Source: Eledone cirrhosa (taxonomy: Eukaryota). From it: DNA of 64,000 nt. The translations under genes and the position numbers were made by a program. Positions within the stretch are counted from its first letter, which is position 1. The number at the start of each line of letters is the position of its first letter. The stretch covers positions 256,060,001 to 256,124,000 of the forward strand of contig OZ024741.1 in assembly GCA_964016885.1 (NCBI GenBank), in the 5' to 3' direction. The notes under the pieces were generated by a model. The model did not search any database, was not told the origin of the DNA, and saw only the letters and a list, made by a program, of their open reading frames with translations. Of this stretch, positions 24,642-37,172 are shown one piece after another.

Positions 24642-27600
24642 GTTTCGCTTTACGAGTGTTTCGACTTACGAGTGTTTCGACATACGAGTGTTTCGGCTTA
24701 CGAGTGTTTTGATTTACGAGTGTTTTGACTTACGGGTGCTTCGACTTACGCGTGTTTCGACTTACGAGTGTTTCGACTTACGAGTGTTTCGGCTTATGAG
24801 TGTTTTGACTTACGAATGTTTTGACTTACGATTGTTTCGGCTTACGAGTGTTTCGACTTACGAGTGTTCTGACTACGAGTGTTCTGACTTACGGGTGTTC
24901 TGACTTACGAGTGTTCTGACTTACGAGTGTTTCGGCTTATGAGTGTTTCGACTTACGAGTGCTTCGACTTACGAGTGTTTCGGCTTACGGGTGTTTCGAC
25001 TTACGAATGTTTTTGCTTACGAGTGTTTCGGCTTACGAGTGTTTCGGCTTATGAGTGTTTCGACTTACGAGTGTTTTGACTTACGGGTGTTTTGACATAC
25101 GAGAGTTTCGATACGATTGTTCTGACTTACGAGTGTTTCCGCTTACGAGTGTTTCGGCTTACGAGTGTTTCGACTTACTAATGTTTTTACTTACGAGTGT
25201 TTCGGTGTACGAGTGTTTCGACTTACGAGTGTTTCGACTTACGAGTGTTTCGACTTACGAGTGTTTCGACTTACGAGTGTTTTGGCTTACGAATGTTTTG
25301 ACTTACGGGTGTTTCGACTTACGAGTGTTTCGGCTTATGAGTGTTTCAACTTACGGGCGTTTCGACTTACGGGTGTTTCGACTTACGAGTGTTTTGGCTT
25401 ACGAATGTTTTGACTTACGGGTGTTTCGACTTACGAGTGTTTCGACTTATGAGTGTTTCGACTTACGAGTGTTTCGGCTTATGAGTGTTTCGACTTACGA
25501 GTGCTTCGGCTTACGAGTGTTTCGACTTACGAGTATTTCGGCTTACGAGTGTTTCGACGTACGAATGTTTTGGCTTACGAGTGTTTCGGCTTATGAGTGT
25601 TTCGGCTTACGAGTGTTTCGACTTACGAGTGTTTCGGCTTACGAGTGTTTCAGTGTTTCGGCTTACGTGTGTTTCGACTTACGAGTGTTTTGACTTACGA
25701 TTGTTTGGCTTACGAGTGTTCTGACTTACGGGTGTTCTGACTTACGAGTGTTCCGACTTACGAGTGTTTCGGCTTATGAGGGTTTCGACTTACGAGTGCT
25801 TCGGCTTACGAGTGTTTCGACTTACGAGTGTTTCGGCTTACGAGTGTTTCGACTTACGAGTGTTTTGACTTACGGTGTTTCGGCTTACGAGTGTTTCGAC
25901 ATACGAGTGTTTTGACGTACGGGTGTTTCGACTTACGGGTCTTTCGACTTAAGAGTGTTTCGACTTACGAGCGCTTCGACTTACGAGTGTTTCGACTTAC
26001 GAGTGTTTCGACTTACGAGTGTTTCGACTTACGAGTGTTTCGAATTACGAGTGTTTCGACTTACGAGTGTTTTGACTTACGAGTGTTTTGACTTACGGTG
26101 TTTCTGCTTACGAGTGTTTCGACTTTCGAGTGTTATGACTTACGGGTGTTTTGACATACGAGTGTTTCGACCTACGAGTCTTACGGCTTACGAGTGTTTC
26201 GACTTACTAATGTTTTTACTTACGAGTGTTTCGGCGTACGAGTGTTTAGACTTCCGAGTGTTTCGACTTACAGGTGTTTTGACTTACGGGTGTTTCGGCT
26301 TACGAGTGTTTTGACTTACGAGTGTTTTGACTTAAGGGTGTTTCGACTTACGAGTATTTTTGGCTTACGAGTGTTTCGACTTACGAGTGTTTTGACTTAC
26401 GAGTGTTCTGATTTACGGATGTTTCGACATACGAGTGTTCTGACTTACGAGTGTTCCGACTTACGAGTGTTCCGACTTACGAGTGTTTCGGCTTACGAGT
26501 GTTTCCGGCTTACGAGTGTTTCGACTTACGAGTGTTTTGACTTACGGTGTTTCGGCTTACGAGTGATTCGACTTACGAGTGTTTTGACTTACGGGTGTTT
26601 TGACTTACGGGTGTTGTGAATTACGAGTGTTCCGATTTACGAGTGTTTTGACTTACGGTGTTTCGGCTTACGAGTGATTCGACTTACGAATGTTTTGACT
26701 TACGGGTGTTTCGGCTTGCGAGTGTTTCGACTTACGAGTGTTTCGGCTTATGAGTGTTTCGACTTACTAATGTTTTTACTTACGAGTGTTCTGACTTACG
26801 AGTGTTCCGACTTACGAGTGTTCCGACTTACGAGTGTTTCGGCTTACGAGTGTTTCCGGCTTACGAGTGTTTCGACTTACGAGTGTTTCGACTTACGAGT
26901 GTTTTGACTTACGGTGTTTCGACTTACGAGTGTTTCGGCGTACGAGTGTTTTGACTTACGAGTGTTTCGAATTACGAGTGTTTTGACTTACGAATGTTTT
27001 GACATACGGGTGTTTCGGCTTACGAGTGTTTCGACTTACGAGTGTTTCGGCTTGCGAGTGTTTCAACTTACTAATGTTTTTACTTACGAGTTTTTCGGCG
27101 TACGAGTGTTTCGACTTACGAGTGTTTCGACTTACGGGTGTTTTGACTTAAGGGTGTTTCGACTTACAAGTGTTTCGACTTACGAGTGTTTCGACTTACG
27201 AGTGTTTTGACTTACGGGTGTTTTGACATACGAGTGTTTCGATACGAGTGTTTCGACTTACGAGTGTTCTGACTTACGAGTGTTCTGACTTACGAGTGTT
27301 CTGACTTACGAGTGTTCTGATTTACGAGTGTTCCGACTTACGAGTGTTTCGGCTTACGAGTGTTTCGGCTTACGAGTGTTTCGACTTACGAGTGTTTCGA
27401 CTTACGAGTGTTCCGACTTACGGGTGTTTCGACTTACGAGTGGTTTGGCTTACGGTGTTTCGGCTTACGAGTGTTTCGAGTTACGAGTGTTTTGACTTAC
27501 GCGTGTTTTGACATACGAGTGTTTCGATACGAGTGTTCTGACTTACGAGTGTTCTGACTTACGAGTGTTCTGACTTACGAGTGTTCCGACTTTACGAGTG

Positions 27601-27645
27601 TTTCGGCTCACGAGTGTTTCGGCTTACGAGTGTTTCGACTTACGA

Positions 27646-27714
27646 AAATAACAAATAGACGCGGTTTCAAATCTCTATGAATTTAAAATTCATTACATTA
27701 ATCTTTATTTATAC
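27646..27714 (+). repeat. AT-rich island copy 7 (palindromic allele ATGAATTT-A-AAATTCAT)
   Basis: ATGAATTTAAAATTCAT at 27677-27693. Confidence 0.97.
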
Positions 27715-30085
27715 GTTTCGCTTTACGAGTGTTTCGACTTACGAGTGTTTCGACATACGAGTTATTCGACTTCCGAATGTTTTTGCTTACGGGTGTTTCG
27801 ACTTACGAATGTTTCGGCTTACGAGTGTTTCGGCTTACGTCTGTTCCGACTTAGGAGTGTTTCGGCTTACGGGTATTTCCGGCTTACGAGAGTTTCGACT
27901 TACGAGTGTTTCGACTTTAGAGTGTTTTGACTTACGGTGTTTCGGCTTACGAGTGATTCGACTTACGAGTGTTTTGACTTACGGGTGTTTTGACTTACGG
28001 GTGTTGTGAATTACCAGTGTTCCGATTTACGAGTGTTTTGACTTACGGTGTTACGGTTTGCGAGTGTTTCGACTTACGAGTGTTTCGGCTTATGAGTGTT
28101 TCGACTTACTAATGTTTTTACTTACGAGTGTTTCGGCGTACGAGTGTTTTGACATACGAGTGTTTCGATACGAGTGTTCTGACTTACGAGTGTTCTGACT
28201 TACGTGTGTTTTGACTTACGAGTGTTCTGACTTACGAGTGTTCCGACTTACGAGTGTTCCGACTTAAGAGTGTTTCGGCTTACGAGTGTTTCCGGCTTAC
28301 GAGTGTTTCGACTTACGAGTGTTTTGACTTACGGGTGTTGTGATTTACGGGTGTTGTGAATTACGAGTGTTCCGATTTACGAGTGTTTCGGCTTATGAGT
28401 GTTTCGACTTACGAGTGTTTCGGCTTACGAGTGTTTCGACTTATGGGTGTTTCGACTTACGAGTGTTTTTACTTACGGTGTTTCGGCTTACGAGTGTTTC
28501 GACATACGAGTGTTCAGACTTACGAGTGTTCCGACTTACGAGCGTTCCGACTTACGAGTGTTTTGACTTACGGGTGTTGTGAATTACGGGTGTTGTGAAT
28601 TACGAGTGTTTCGGCGTATGAGTGTTTTGACTTACGAGTGTTTCGACTTACGAGTGTTTCGACTTACGAGTGTTTCGAATTACGAGTGTTTCGACTTACG
28701 AGTGTTTTGAATTACGAGTGTTTTGACTTCGGTGTTTCTGCTTACGAGTGTTTCGAATTACGAGTGTTATGACTTACGGGTGTTTTCACATACGAGTGTT
28801 TCGACTTACGAGTGTTTTGACTTACGGGTGTTTTGACATACGAGTGTTTCGATACGAGTGTTCTGACTTACGAGTGTTCTGACTTACGAGTGTTCTGACT
28901 TACGAGTGTTTCGACATACGAGTGTTTTGACTTACGGGTGTTTCGACTTACGAGTGTTTTCACTTACGAATGTTTTGGCTTACGGGTGTTTCGGCTTACG
29001 AGTGTTTCGACTTACGAGTGTTTCGGCTTACGAGTGTTTCGATTTACTAATATTTTTACTTACGAGTGTTTCGGCGTACGAGAGTTTTGACTTACGAGTG
29101 TTTCGACTTACGAGTGTTTCGACTTACGAGTATTTTGACTTACGAATGTTTTGACTTACGGGTGTTTCGGCTTACGAGTATTTCGACTTACGAGTCTTTC
29201 GGCTCACGAGTGTTTCGACTTACTAATGTTTTTACTTACGAGTGTTTCGACTTCCGAGTGTTTCGACTTACGGGTGTTTTGACTTACGGGTGTATCGGCT
29301 TACGAGTGTTTTGACTTACGAGTGTTTTGACTTAAGGGTGTTTCGACTTACGAGTATTTTTGGCTTACGAGTGTTTCGACTTACGAGTGTTTTGACTTAC
29401 GAGTCTTCTGATTTACGGATGTTTCGACATACGAGTGTTTCGACTTACGAGTGTTTCGACTTATGAGTGTTTCGACTTACGAGTGTTTCGACTTACGAGT
29501 GTTTCGGCTTGTGATTGTTTCGACTTACGAGTGTTTTGACTTACGGTGTTTCAGCTTACGAGTGTTTCGACTTACGAGTGTTTTGACTTACGGGTGTTTT
29601 GACATACGAGTGTTTCGATACGAGTGTTCTGACTTACGAGTGTTCTGACTTACGAGTGTTTTGACTTACGAGTGTTCTGACTTACGAGTGTTCCGACTTA
29701 CGAGTGTTCCGACTTACGAGTGTTTCGGCTTACGAGTGTTTTGACTTAAGGGTGTTTCGACTTACGAGTGTTTCGATACGAGTGTTTCGACTTACGAGTG
29801 TTTCGGCTTACGAGTGTTTCGACTTACGAGTGTTTCGACTTACGAGTGTTCCGACTTACGGGTGTTTCGACTTACGAGTGTTTTGGCTTACGGTGTTTCG
29901 ACTTACGAGTGTTTCGAGTTAAGAGTGTTTTGACTTACGAGTGTTCTGATTTACGAGTGTTCTGACTTACGAGTGTTCTGACTTACGAGTGTTCTGACTT
30001 ACGAGTGTTCTGACTTACGAGTGTTCCGACTTTACGAGTGTTTCGGCTCACGAGTGTTTCGGCTTACGAGTGTTTCGACTTACGA

Positions 30086-30154
30086 AAATAACAAATAGAC
30101 GCGGTTTCAAATCTCTATGCTTTTCAAATTCATTACATTAATCTTTATTTATAC
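30086..30154 (+). repeat. AT-rich island copy 8
   Basis: Major allele; the downstream GACATAC monomer is missing. Confidence 0.97.
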
Positions 30155-30853
30155 GTTTCGCTTTACGAGTGTTTCGACTTACGAATGTTTTTGCTTACGA
30201 GTGTTTCGGTTTACGAGTGTTCCGACTTACGAGTGTTCCGACTTACGAGTGTTTCGGCTTACGAGTGTTTCCGGCTTACGAGTGTTTCAACTTACGAGTG
30301 TTCTGACTTACGAGTGTTCTGATTTACGGATGTTTCGACACACGAGTGTTTCGAATTACGAGTGTTTCGACTTACGAGTGTTTTGACTTACGGGTGTTTT
30401 GACATACGAGTGTTTCGATACGAGTGTTTCGACTTACGAGTGTTCTGACTTACGAGTGTTCTGACTTACGAGTGTTCTGACTTACGAGTGTTCTTACTTA
30501 CGAGTGTTCCGACTTACGAGTGTTCCGACTTACGAGTGTTTCGGCATACGAGTGTTTCGGCTTACGAGTGTTTCGACTTACGAATGTTTAGACTTACGAG
30601 TGTTCCGACTTACGGGTGTTTCGACTTACGAGTGTTTTGGCTTACGGTGTTTCGGCTTACGAGTGTTTCGAGTTACGAGTGTTTTGACTTACACGTGTTT
30701 TGACATACGAGTGTTTCGATACGAGTGTTCTGACTTACGAGTGTTCTGACTTACGAGTGTTCTGACTTACGAGTGTTCTGACTTACGAGTGTTCCGACTT
30801 TACGAGTGTTTCGGCTCACGAGTGTTTCGGCTTACGAGTGTTTCGACTTACGA

Positions 30854-30922
30854 AAATAACAAATAGACGCGGTTTCAAATCTCTATGCTTTTCAAATTCA
30901 TTACATTAATCTTTATTTATAC
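30854..30922 (+). repeat. AT-rich island copy 9
   Basis: Major allele. Confidence 0.97.
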
Positions 30923-32618
30923 GTTTCGCTTTACGAGTGTTTCGACTTACGAGTGTTTCGACATACGAGTGTTTCGGCTTACGAGTGTTTTGATTTACGA
31001 GTGTTTTGACTTACGGGTGCTTCGACTTACGCGTGTTTCGACTTACGAGTGTTTCGACTTACGAGTGTTTCGACTTACGAGTGTTTCGGCTTACGAGTGT
31101 TTTGACTTACGAATGTTTTGACTTACGAGTGTTTCGGCTTACGAGTGTTTCGACTTACGAGTGTTCTGACTACGAGTGTTCTGACTTACGGGTGTTCTGA
31201 CTTACGAGTGTTCCGACTTACGAGTGTTTCGGCTTATGAGTGTTTCGACTTACGAGTGCTTCGACTTACGAGTGTTTCGGCTTACGGGTGTTTCGACTTA
31301 CGAATGTTTTTGCTTACGAGTGTTTCGGCTTACGAGTGTTTCGGCTTATGAGTGTTTCGACTTACGAGTGTTTTGACTTACGGGTGATTTGACATACGAG
31401 TGTTTCGATACGATTGTTCTGACTTACGAGTGTTTTCGCTTACGAGTGTTTCGGCTTACGAGTGTTTCGACTTACTAATGTTTTTGCTTACGAGTGTTTC
31501 GGTGTACGAGTGTTTCGACTTAAGGATGTTTCGACTTACTAGTGTTTCGACTTACGAGTGTTTCGACTTACGAGTGTTTCGACTTACGAGTGTTTTGGCT
31601 TACGAATGTTTTGATTTACGGGTGTTTCGACTTACGAGTGTTTCGGCTTATGAGTGTTTCGACTTACGGGCGTTTCGACTTACGGGTGTTTCGACTTACG
31701 AGTGTTTTGGCTTACGAATGTTTTGACTTACGGGTGTTTCGACTTACGAGTGTTTCGACTTATGAGTGTTTCGACTTACGAGTGTTTCGGCTTATGAGTG
31801 TTTCGACTTACGAGTGCTTCGGCTTACGAGTGTTTCGACTTACGAGTATTTCGGCTTACGAGTGTTTCGACGTACGAATGTTTTGGCTTACGAGTGTTTC
31901 GGCTTATGAGTGTTTCGGCTTACGAGTGTTTCGACTTACGAGTGTTTCGGCTAACGAGTGTTTCAGTGTTTCGGCTTACGTGTGTTTCGACTTACGAGTG
32001 TTTCGACTTACGACTGTTTCGACTTACGAGTGTTTCGGCTTACGAGTGTTTCGGCTTACGAGTGTTTTGACTTACGATTGTTTGGCTTACGAGTGTTCTG
32101 ACTTACGGCTGTTCTGACTTACGAGTGTTCCGACTTACGAGTGTTTTGGCTTATGAGGGTTTCGACTTACGAGTGCTTCGGCTTACGAGTGTTTCGACTT
32201 ACGAGTGTTTCGGCTTGCGAGTGTTTCGACTTACGAGTGTTTCGACTTACGAGTGTTTCGACTTACGAGTGTTTCGAATTACGAGTGTTTCGACTTACGA
32301 GTGTTTTGACTTACGAGTGTTTTGACTTACGGTGTTTCTGCTTACGAGTGTTTCGACTTACGAGTGTTATGACTTACGGGTGTTTTGACATACGAGTGTT
32401 TCGACTTACGAGTGTTTTGACTTACGGGTGTTTTGACATACGAGTGTTTCGATACGAGTGTTCTGACTTACGAGTGTTCTGATTTACGAGTGTTCTGACT
32501 TACGAGTGTTCTGACTTACGAGTGTTCTGACTTACGAGTGTTCTGACTTACGAGTGTTCCGACTTTACGAGTGTTTCGGCTCACGAGTGTTTCGGCTTAC
32601 GAGTGTTTCGACTTACGA

Positions 32619-32687
32619 AAATAACAAATAGACGCGGTTTCAAATCTCTATGCTTTTCAAATTCATTACAATAATCTTTATTTATAC
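32619..32687 (+). repeat. AT-rich island copy 10 (variant TACAATAAT)
   Basis: One private T>A change. Confidence 0.97.
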
Positions 32688-33323
32688 GTTTCGCTTTACG
32701 AGTGTTTCGACTTACGAGTGTTTCGACATACGAGTGTTTCGGCTTACGAGTGTTTTGATTTACGAGTGTTTTGACTTACGGGTGCTTCGACTTACGCGTG
32801 TTTCGACTTACGAGTGTTTCGACTTACGAGTGTTCCGACTTACGAGTGTTTTGGCTTATGAGGGTTTCGACTTACGAGTGCTTCGGCTTACGAGTGTTTC
32901 GACTTACGAGTGTTTCGGCTTGCGAGTGTTTCGACTTACGAGTGTTTCGACTTACGAGTGTTTCGACTTACGAGTGTTTCGAATTACGAGTGTTTCGACT
33001 TACGAGTGTTTTGACTTACGAGTGTTTTGACTTACGGTCTTTCTGCTTACGAGTGTTTCGACTTACGAGTGTTATGACTTACGGGTGTTTTGACATACGA
33101 GTGTTTCGACTTACGAGTGTTTTGACTTACGGGTGTTTTGACATACGAGTGTTTCGATACGAGTGTTCTGACTTACGAGTGTTCTGATTTACGAGTGTTC
33201 TGACTTACGAGTGTTCTGACTTACGAGTGTTCTGACTTACGAGTGTTCTGACTTACGAGTGTTCCGACTTTACGAGTGTTTCGGCTCACGAGTGTTTCGG
33301 CTTACGAGTGTTTCGACTTACGA

Positions 33324-33392
33324 AAATAACAAATAGACGCGGTTTCAAATCTCTATGCTTTTCAAATTCATTACATTAATCTTTATTTATAC
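33324..33392 (+). repeat. AT-rich island copy 11
   Basis: Major allele; 705 bp after copy 10. Confidence 0.97.
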
Positions 33393-36300
33393 GTTTCGCT
33401 TTACGAGTGTTTCGACTTACGAGTGTTTCGACATACGAGTGTTTCGGCTTACGAGTGTTTTGATTTACGAGTGTTTTGACTTACGGGTGCTTCGACTTAC
33501 GCGTGTTTCGACTTACGAGTGTTTCGACTTACGAGTGTTTCGACTTACGAGTGTTTCGGCTTACGAGTGTTTTGACTTACGAATGTTTTGACTTACGATT
33601 GTTTCGGCTTACGAGTGTTTCGACTTACGAGTGTTCTGACTACGAGTGTTCTGACTTACGGGTGTTCTGACTTACGAGTGTTCCGACTTACGAGTGTTTC
33701 GACTTACGAGTGTTTCGGCTTACGGGTGTTTCGACTTACGAATGTTTTTGATTACGAGTGTTTCGGCTTACGAGTGTTTCGGCTTATGAGTGTTTCGACT
33801 TACGAGTGTTTTGACTTACGGGTGTTTTGACATACGAGTGTTTCGATACGATTGTTCTGACTTACGAGTGTTTCCGCTTACGAGTGTTTCGGCTTACGAG
33901 TGTTTCGACTTACTAATGTTTTTACTTACGAGTGTTTCGGTGTACGAGTGTTTCGACTTAAGGATGTTTCAACTTACGAGTGTTTCGACTTACGAGTGTT
34001 TCGACTTACGAGTGTTTCGACTTACGAGTGTTTTGGCTTACGAATGTTTTGACTTACGGGTGTTTCGACTTACGAGTGTTTCGGCTTATGAGTGTTTCGA
34101 CTTACGGGCGTTTCGACTTACGGGTGTTTCGATTTAAGAGTGTTTTGGCTTACGAATGTTTTGACTTACGGGTGTTTCGACTTCCGAGTGTTTCGACTTA
34201 TGAGTGTTTCGACTTACGAGTGTTTCGGCTTATGAGTGTTTCGACTTACGAGTGCTTCGGCTTACGAGTGTTTCGACTTACGAGTATTTCGGCTTACGAG
34301 TTTTTCGACGTACGAATGTTTTGGCTTACGAGTGTTTCGGCTTATGAGTGTTTCGGCTTACGAGTGTTTCGACTTACGAGTGTTTCGGCTTACGTGTGTT
34401 TCGACTTACGAGTGTTTCGACTTACGACTGTTTCGGCTTACGAGTGTTTCGGCTTACGAGTGTTTCGGCTTACGAGTGTTCTGACTTACGGGTATTCTGA
34501 CTTACGAGTGTTCCGACTTACGAGTGTTTCGGCTTATGAGGGTTTCGACTTACGAGTGCTTCGGCTTACGAGTGTTTCGACTTACGAGTGTTTCGACTTA
34601 CGAGTGTTTCGACTTACGAGTGTTTCGACTTACGAGTGTTTTGACTTACGGTGTTTCGGCTTACGAGTGTTTCGACATACGAGTGTTTTGACGTACGGGT
34701 GTTTCGACTTACGGGTCTTTCGACTTAAGAGTGTTTCGACTTACGAGCGCTTCGACTTACGAGTGTTTCGGCGTATGAGTGTTTTGACTTACGAGTGTTT
34801 CGACTTACGAGTGTTTCGACTTACGAGAGTTTCGAATTACGAGTGTTTCGACTTACGAGTGTTTTGACTTACGAGTGTTTTGACTTACGGTGTTTCTGCT
34901 TACGAGTGTTTCGACTTACGAGTGTTATGACTTACGGGTGATTTGACATACGAGTGTTTCGACTTACGAGTGTTTTGACTTACGGGTGTTTTGACATACA
35001 AGTGTTTCGATACGAGTGTTCTGACTTACGAGTGTTCTGACTTACGAGTGTTCTGACTTACGAGTGTTTCGACATACGAGTGTTTTGACTTACGGGTTTT
35101 TCGACTTACGAGTGTTTTGACTTACGAATGTTTTGACTTACGGGTGTTTCGGCTTACGAGTGTTTCGACTTACGAGTGTTTCGGCTTACGAGTGTTTCGA
35201 CTTATTAATGTTTTTACTTACGAGTGTTTCGGCGTACGAGAGTTTTGACTTACGAGTGTTTCGACTTACGAGTGTTTTGAATTACGAGTGTTTTGACTTA
35301 AGGGTGTTTCGACTTACGAGTATTTTTGGCTTACGAGTGTTTCGACTTACGAGTGTTTTGACTTACGAGTTTTCTGATTTACGGATGTTTCGACATACGA
35401 GTGTTTCGACTTACGAGTGTTTCGACTTATGAGTGTTTCGACTTACGAGTGTTTCGACTTACGAGTGTTTCGGCTTATGATTGTTTCGACTTACGAGTGT
35501 TTTGACTTACGGTGTTTCAGCTTACGAGTGTTTCGACTTACGAGTGTTTTGACTTACGGGTGTTTTGACATACGAGTGTTTCGATACGAGTGTTCTGACT
35601 TACGAGTGTTCTGACTTACGAGTGTTCCGACTTACGAGTGTTCCGACTTACGAGTGTTTCGGCTTACGAGTGTTTCCGGCTTACGAGTGTTTCGACTTAC
35701 GAGTGTTTTGACTTTCGGTGTTTCGGCTTACGAGTGTTTCGACTTACGAGTGTTTTGACTTACGGGTGTTTTGACTTACGGGTGTTGTGAATTACGAGTG
35801 TTCCGATTTACGAGTGTTTTGACTTACGGTGTTTCGGCTTACGAGTGATTCGACTTACGAATCTTTTGACTTACGGGTGTTTCGGCTTGCGAGTGTTTCG
35901 ACTTACGAGTGTTTCGGCTTATGAGTGTTTCGACTTACTAATGTTTTTACTTACGAGTGTTCTGACTTACGACTGTTCCGACTTACGAGTGTTCCGACTT
36001 ACGAGTGTTTCCGGCTTACGAGTGTTTCGACTTACGAGTGTTTCGACTTACGAGTGTTTTGACTTACGGTGTTTCGACTTACGAGTGATTCGACTTACGA
36101 GTGTTTTGACTTACGGGTGTTTTGACTTACGGGTGTTGTGAATTACGAGTGTTCCGATTTACGAGTGTTTTGACTTACGGTGTTTCGGCTTACGAGTGAT
36201 TCGACTTACGAATGTTTTGACTTACGGGTGTTTCGGCTTGCTAGTGTTTCGACTTACGAGTGTTTCGGCTTATGAGTGTTTCGACTTACTACTGTTTTTA

Positions 36301-37103
36301 CTTACGAGTGTTTCGGCGTACGAGTGTTTTGACTTACGAGTGTTTCGAATTACGAGTGTTTTGACTTACGAATGTTTTGACATACGGGTGTTTCGGCTTA
36401 CGAGTGTTTCGACTTACGAGTGTTTCGGCTTGCGAGTGTTTCGACTTACTAATGTTTTTACTTACGAGTTTTTCGGCGTACGAGTGTTTCGACTTACGAG
36501 TGTTTCGACTTACGGGTGTTTTGACTTAAGGGTGTTTCGACTTACAAGTGTTTCGACTTACGAGTGTTTCGACTTACGAGTGTTCTGACTTACGAGTGTT
36601 CTGATTTACGGATGTTTCGACATACGAGTGTTTCGACTTACGAATGTTTCGACTTACGAGTGTTTTGACTTACGGGTGTTTTGACATACGAGTATTTCGA
36701 TACGAGTGTTTCGACTTACGAGTGTTCTGACTTACGAGTGTTCTGACTTACGAGTGTTCTGACTTACGAGTGTTCTGATTTACGAGTGTTCCGACTTACG
36801 AGTGTTTCGGCTTACGAGTGTTTCGGCTTACGAGTGTTTCGACTTACGAGTGTTTCGACTTACGAGTGTTCCGACTTACGGGTGTTTCGACTTACGAGTG
36901 GTTTGGCTTACGGTGTTTCGGCTTACGAGTGTTTCGAGTTACGAGTGTTTTGACTTACGCGTGTTTTGACATACGAGTGTTTCGATACGAGTGTTCTGAC
37001 TTACGAGTGTTCTGACTTACGAGTGTTCTGACTTACGAGTGTTCCGACTTTACGAGTGTTTCGGCTCACGAGTGTTTCGGCTTACGAGTGTTTCGACTTA
37101 CGA

Positions 37104-37172
37104 AAATGACAAATAGACGCGGTTTCAAATCTCTATGAATTTCAAATTCATTACATTAATCTTTATTTATAC
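37104..37172 (+). repeat. AT-rich island copy 12 (palindromic allele, AAATGAC start)
   Basis: ATGAATTTCAAATTCAT at 37135-37151. Confidence 0.97.

Larger units (their letters stand above)
1..25476 (+). repeat. Large near-identical duplication: 1-~11804 repeated at 13815-~25476
   Basis: The ORF track repeats at offset 13814 (69/13883, 4909/18723), then 13672 (5805/19477, 11493/25165) after a 142-bp indel. Rare variants are shared, e.g. TTCGGCGACGAG near 3500 and 17315. Confidence 0.93.
32115..33530 (+). repeat. 705-bp tandem duplication carrying an island
   Basis: Islands 10 and 11 and ORF ends 32482/33187 and 32325/33030 are 705 bp apart; shared TTTTGGCTTATGAGGG marker. Confidence 0.85.
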
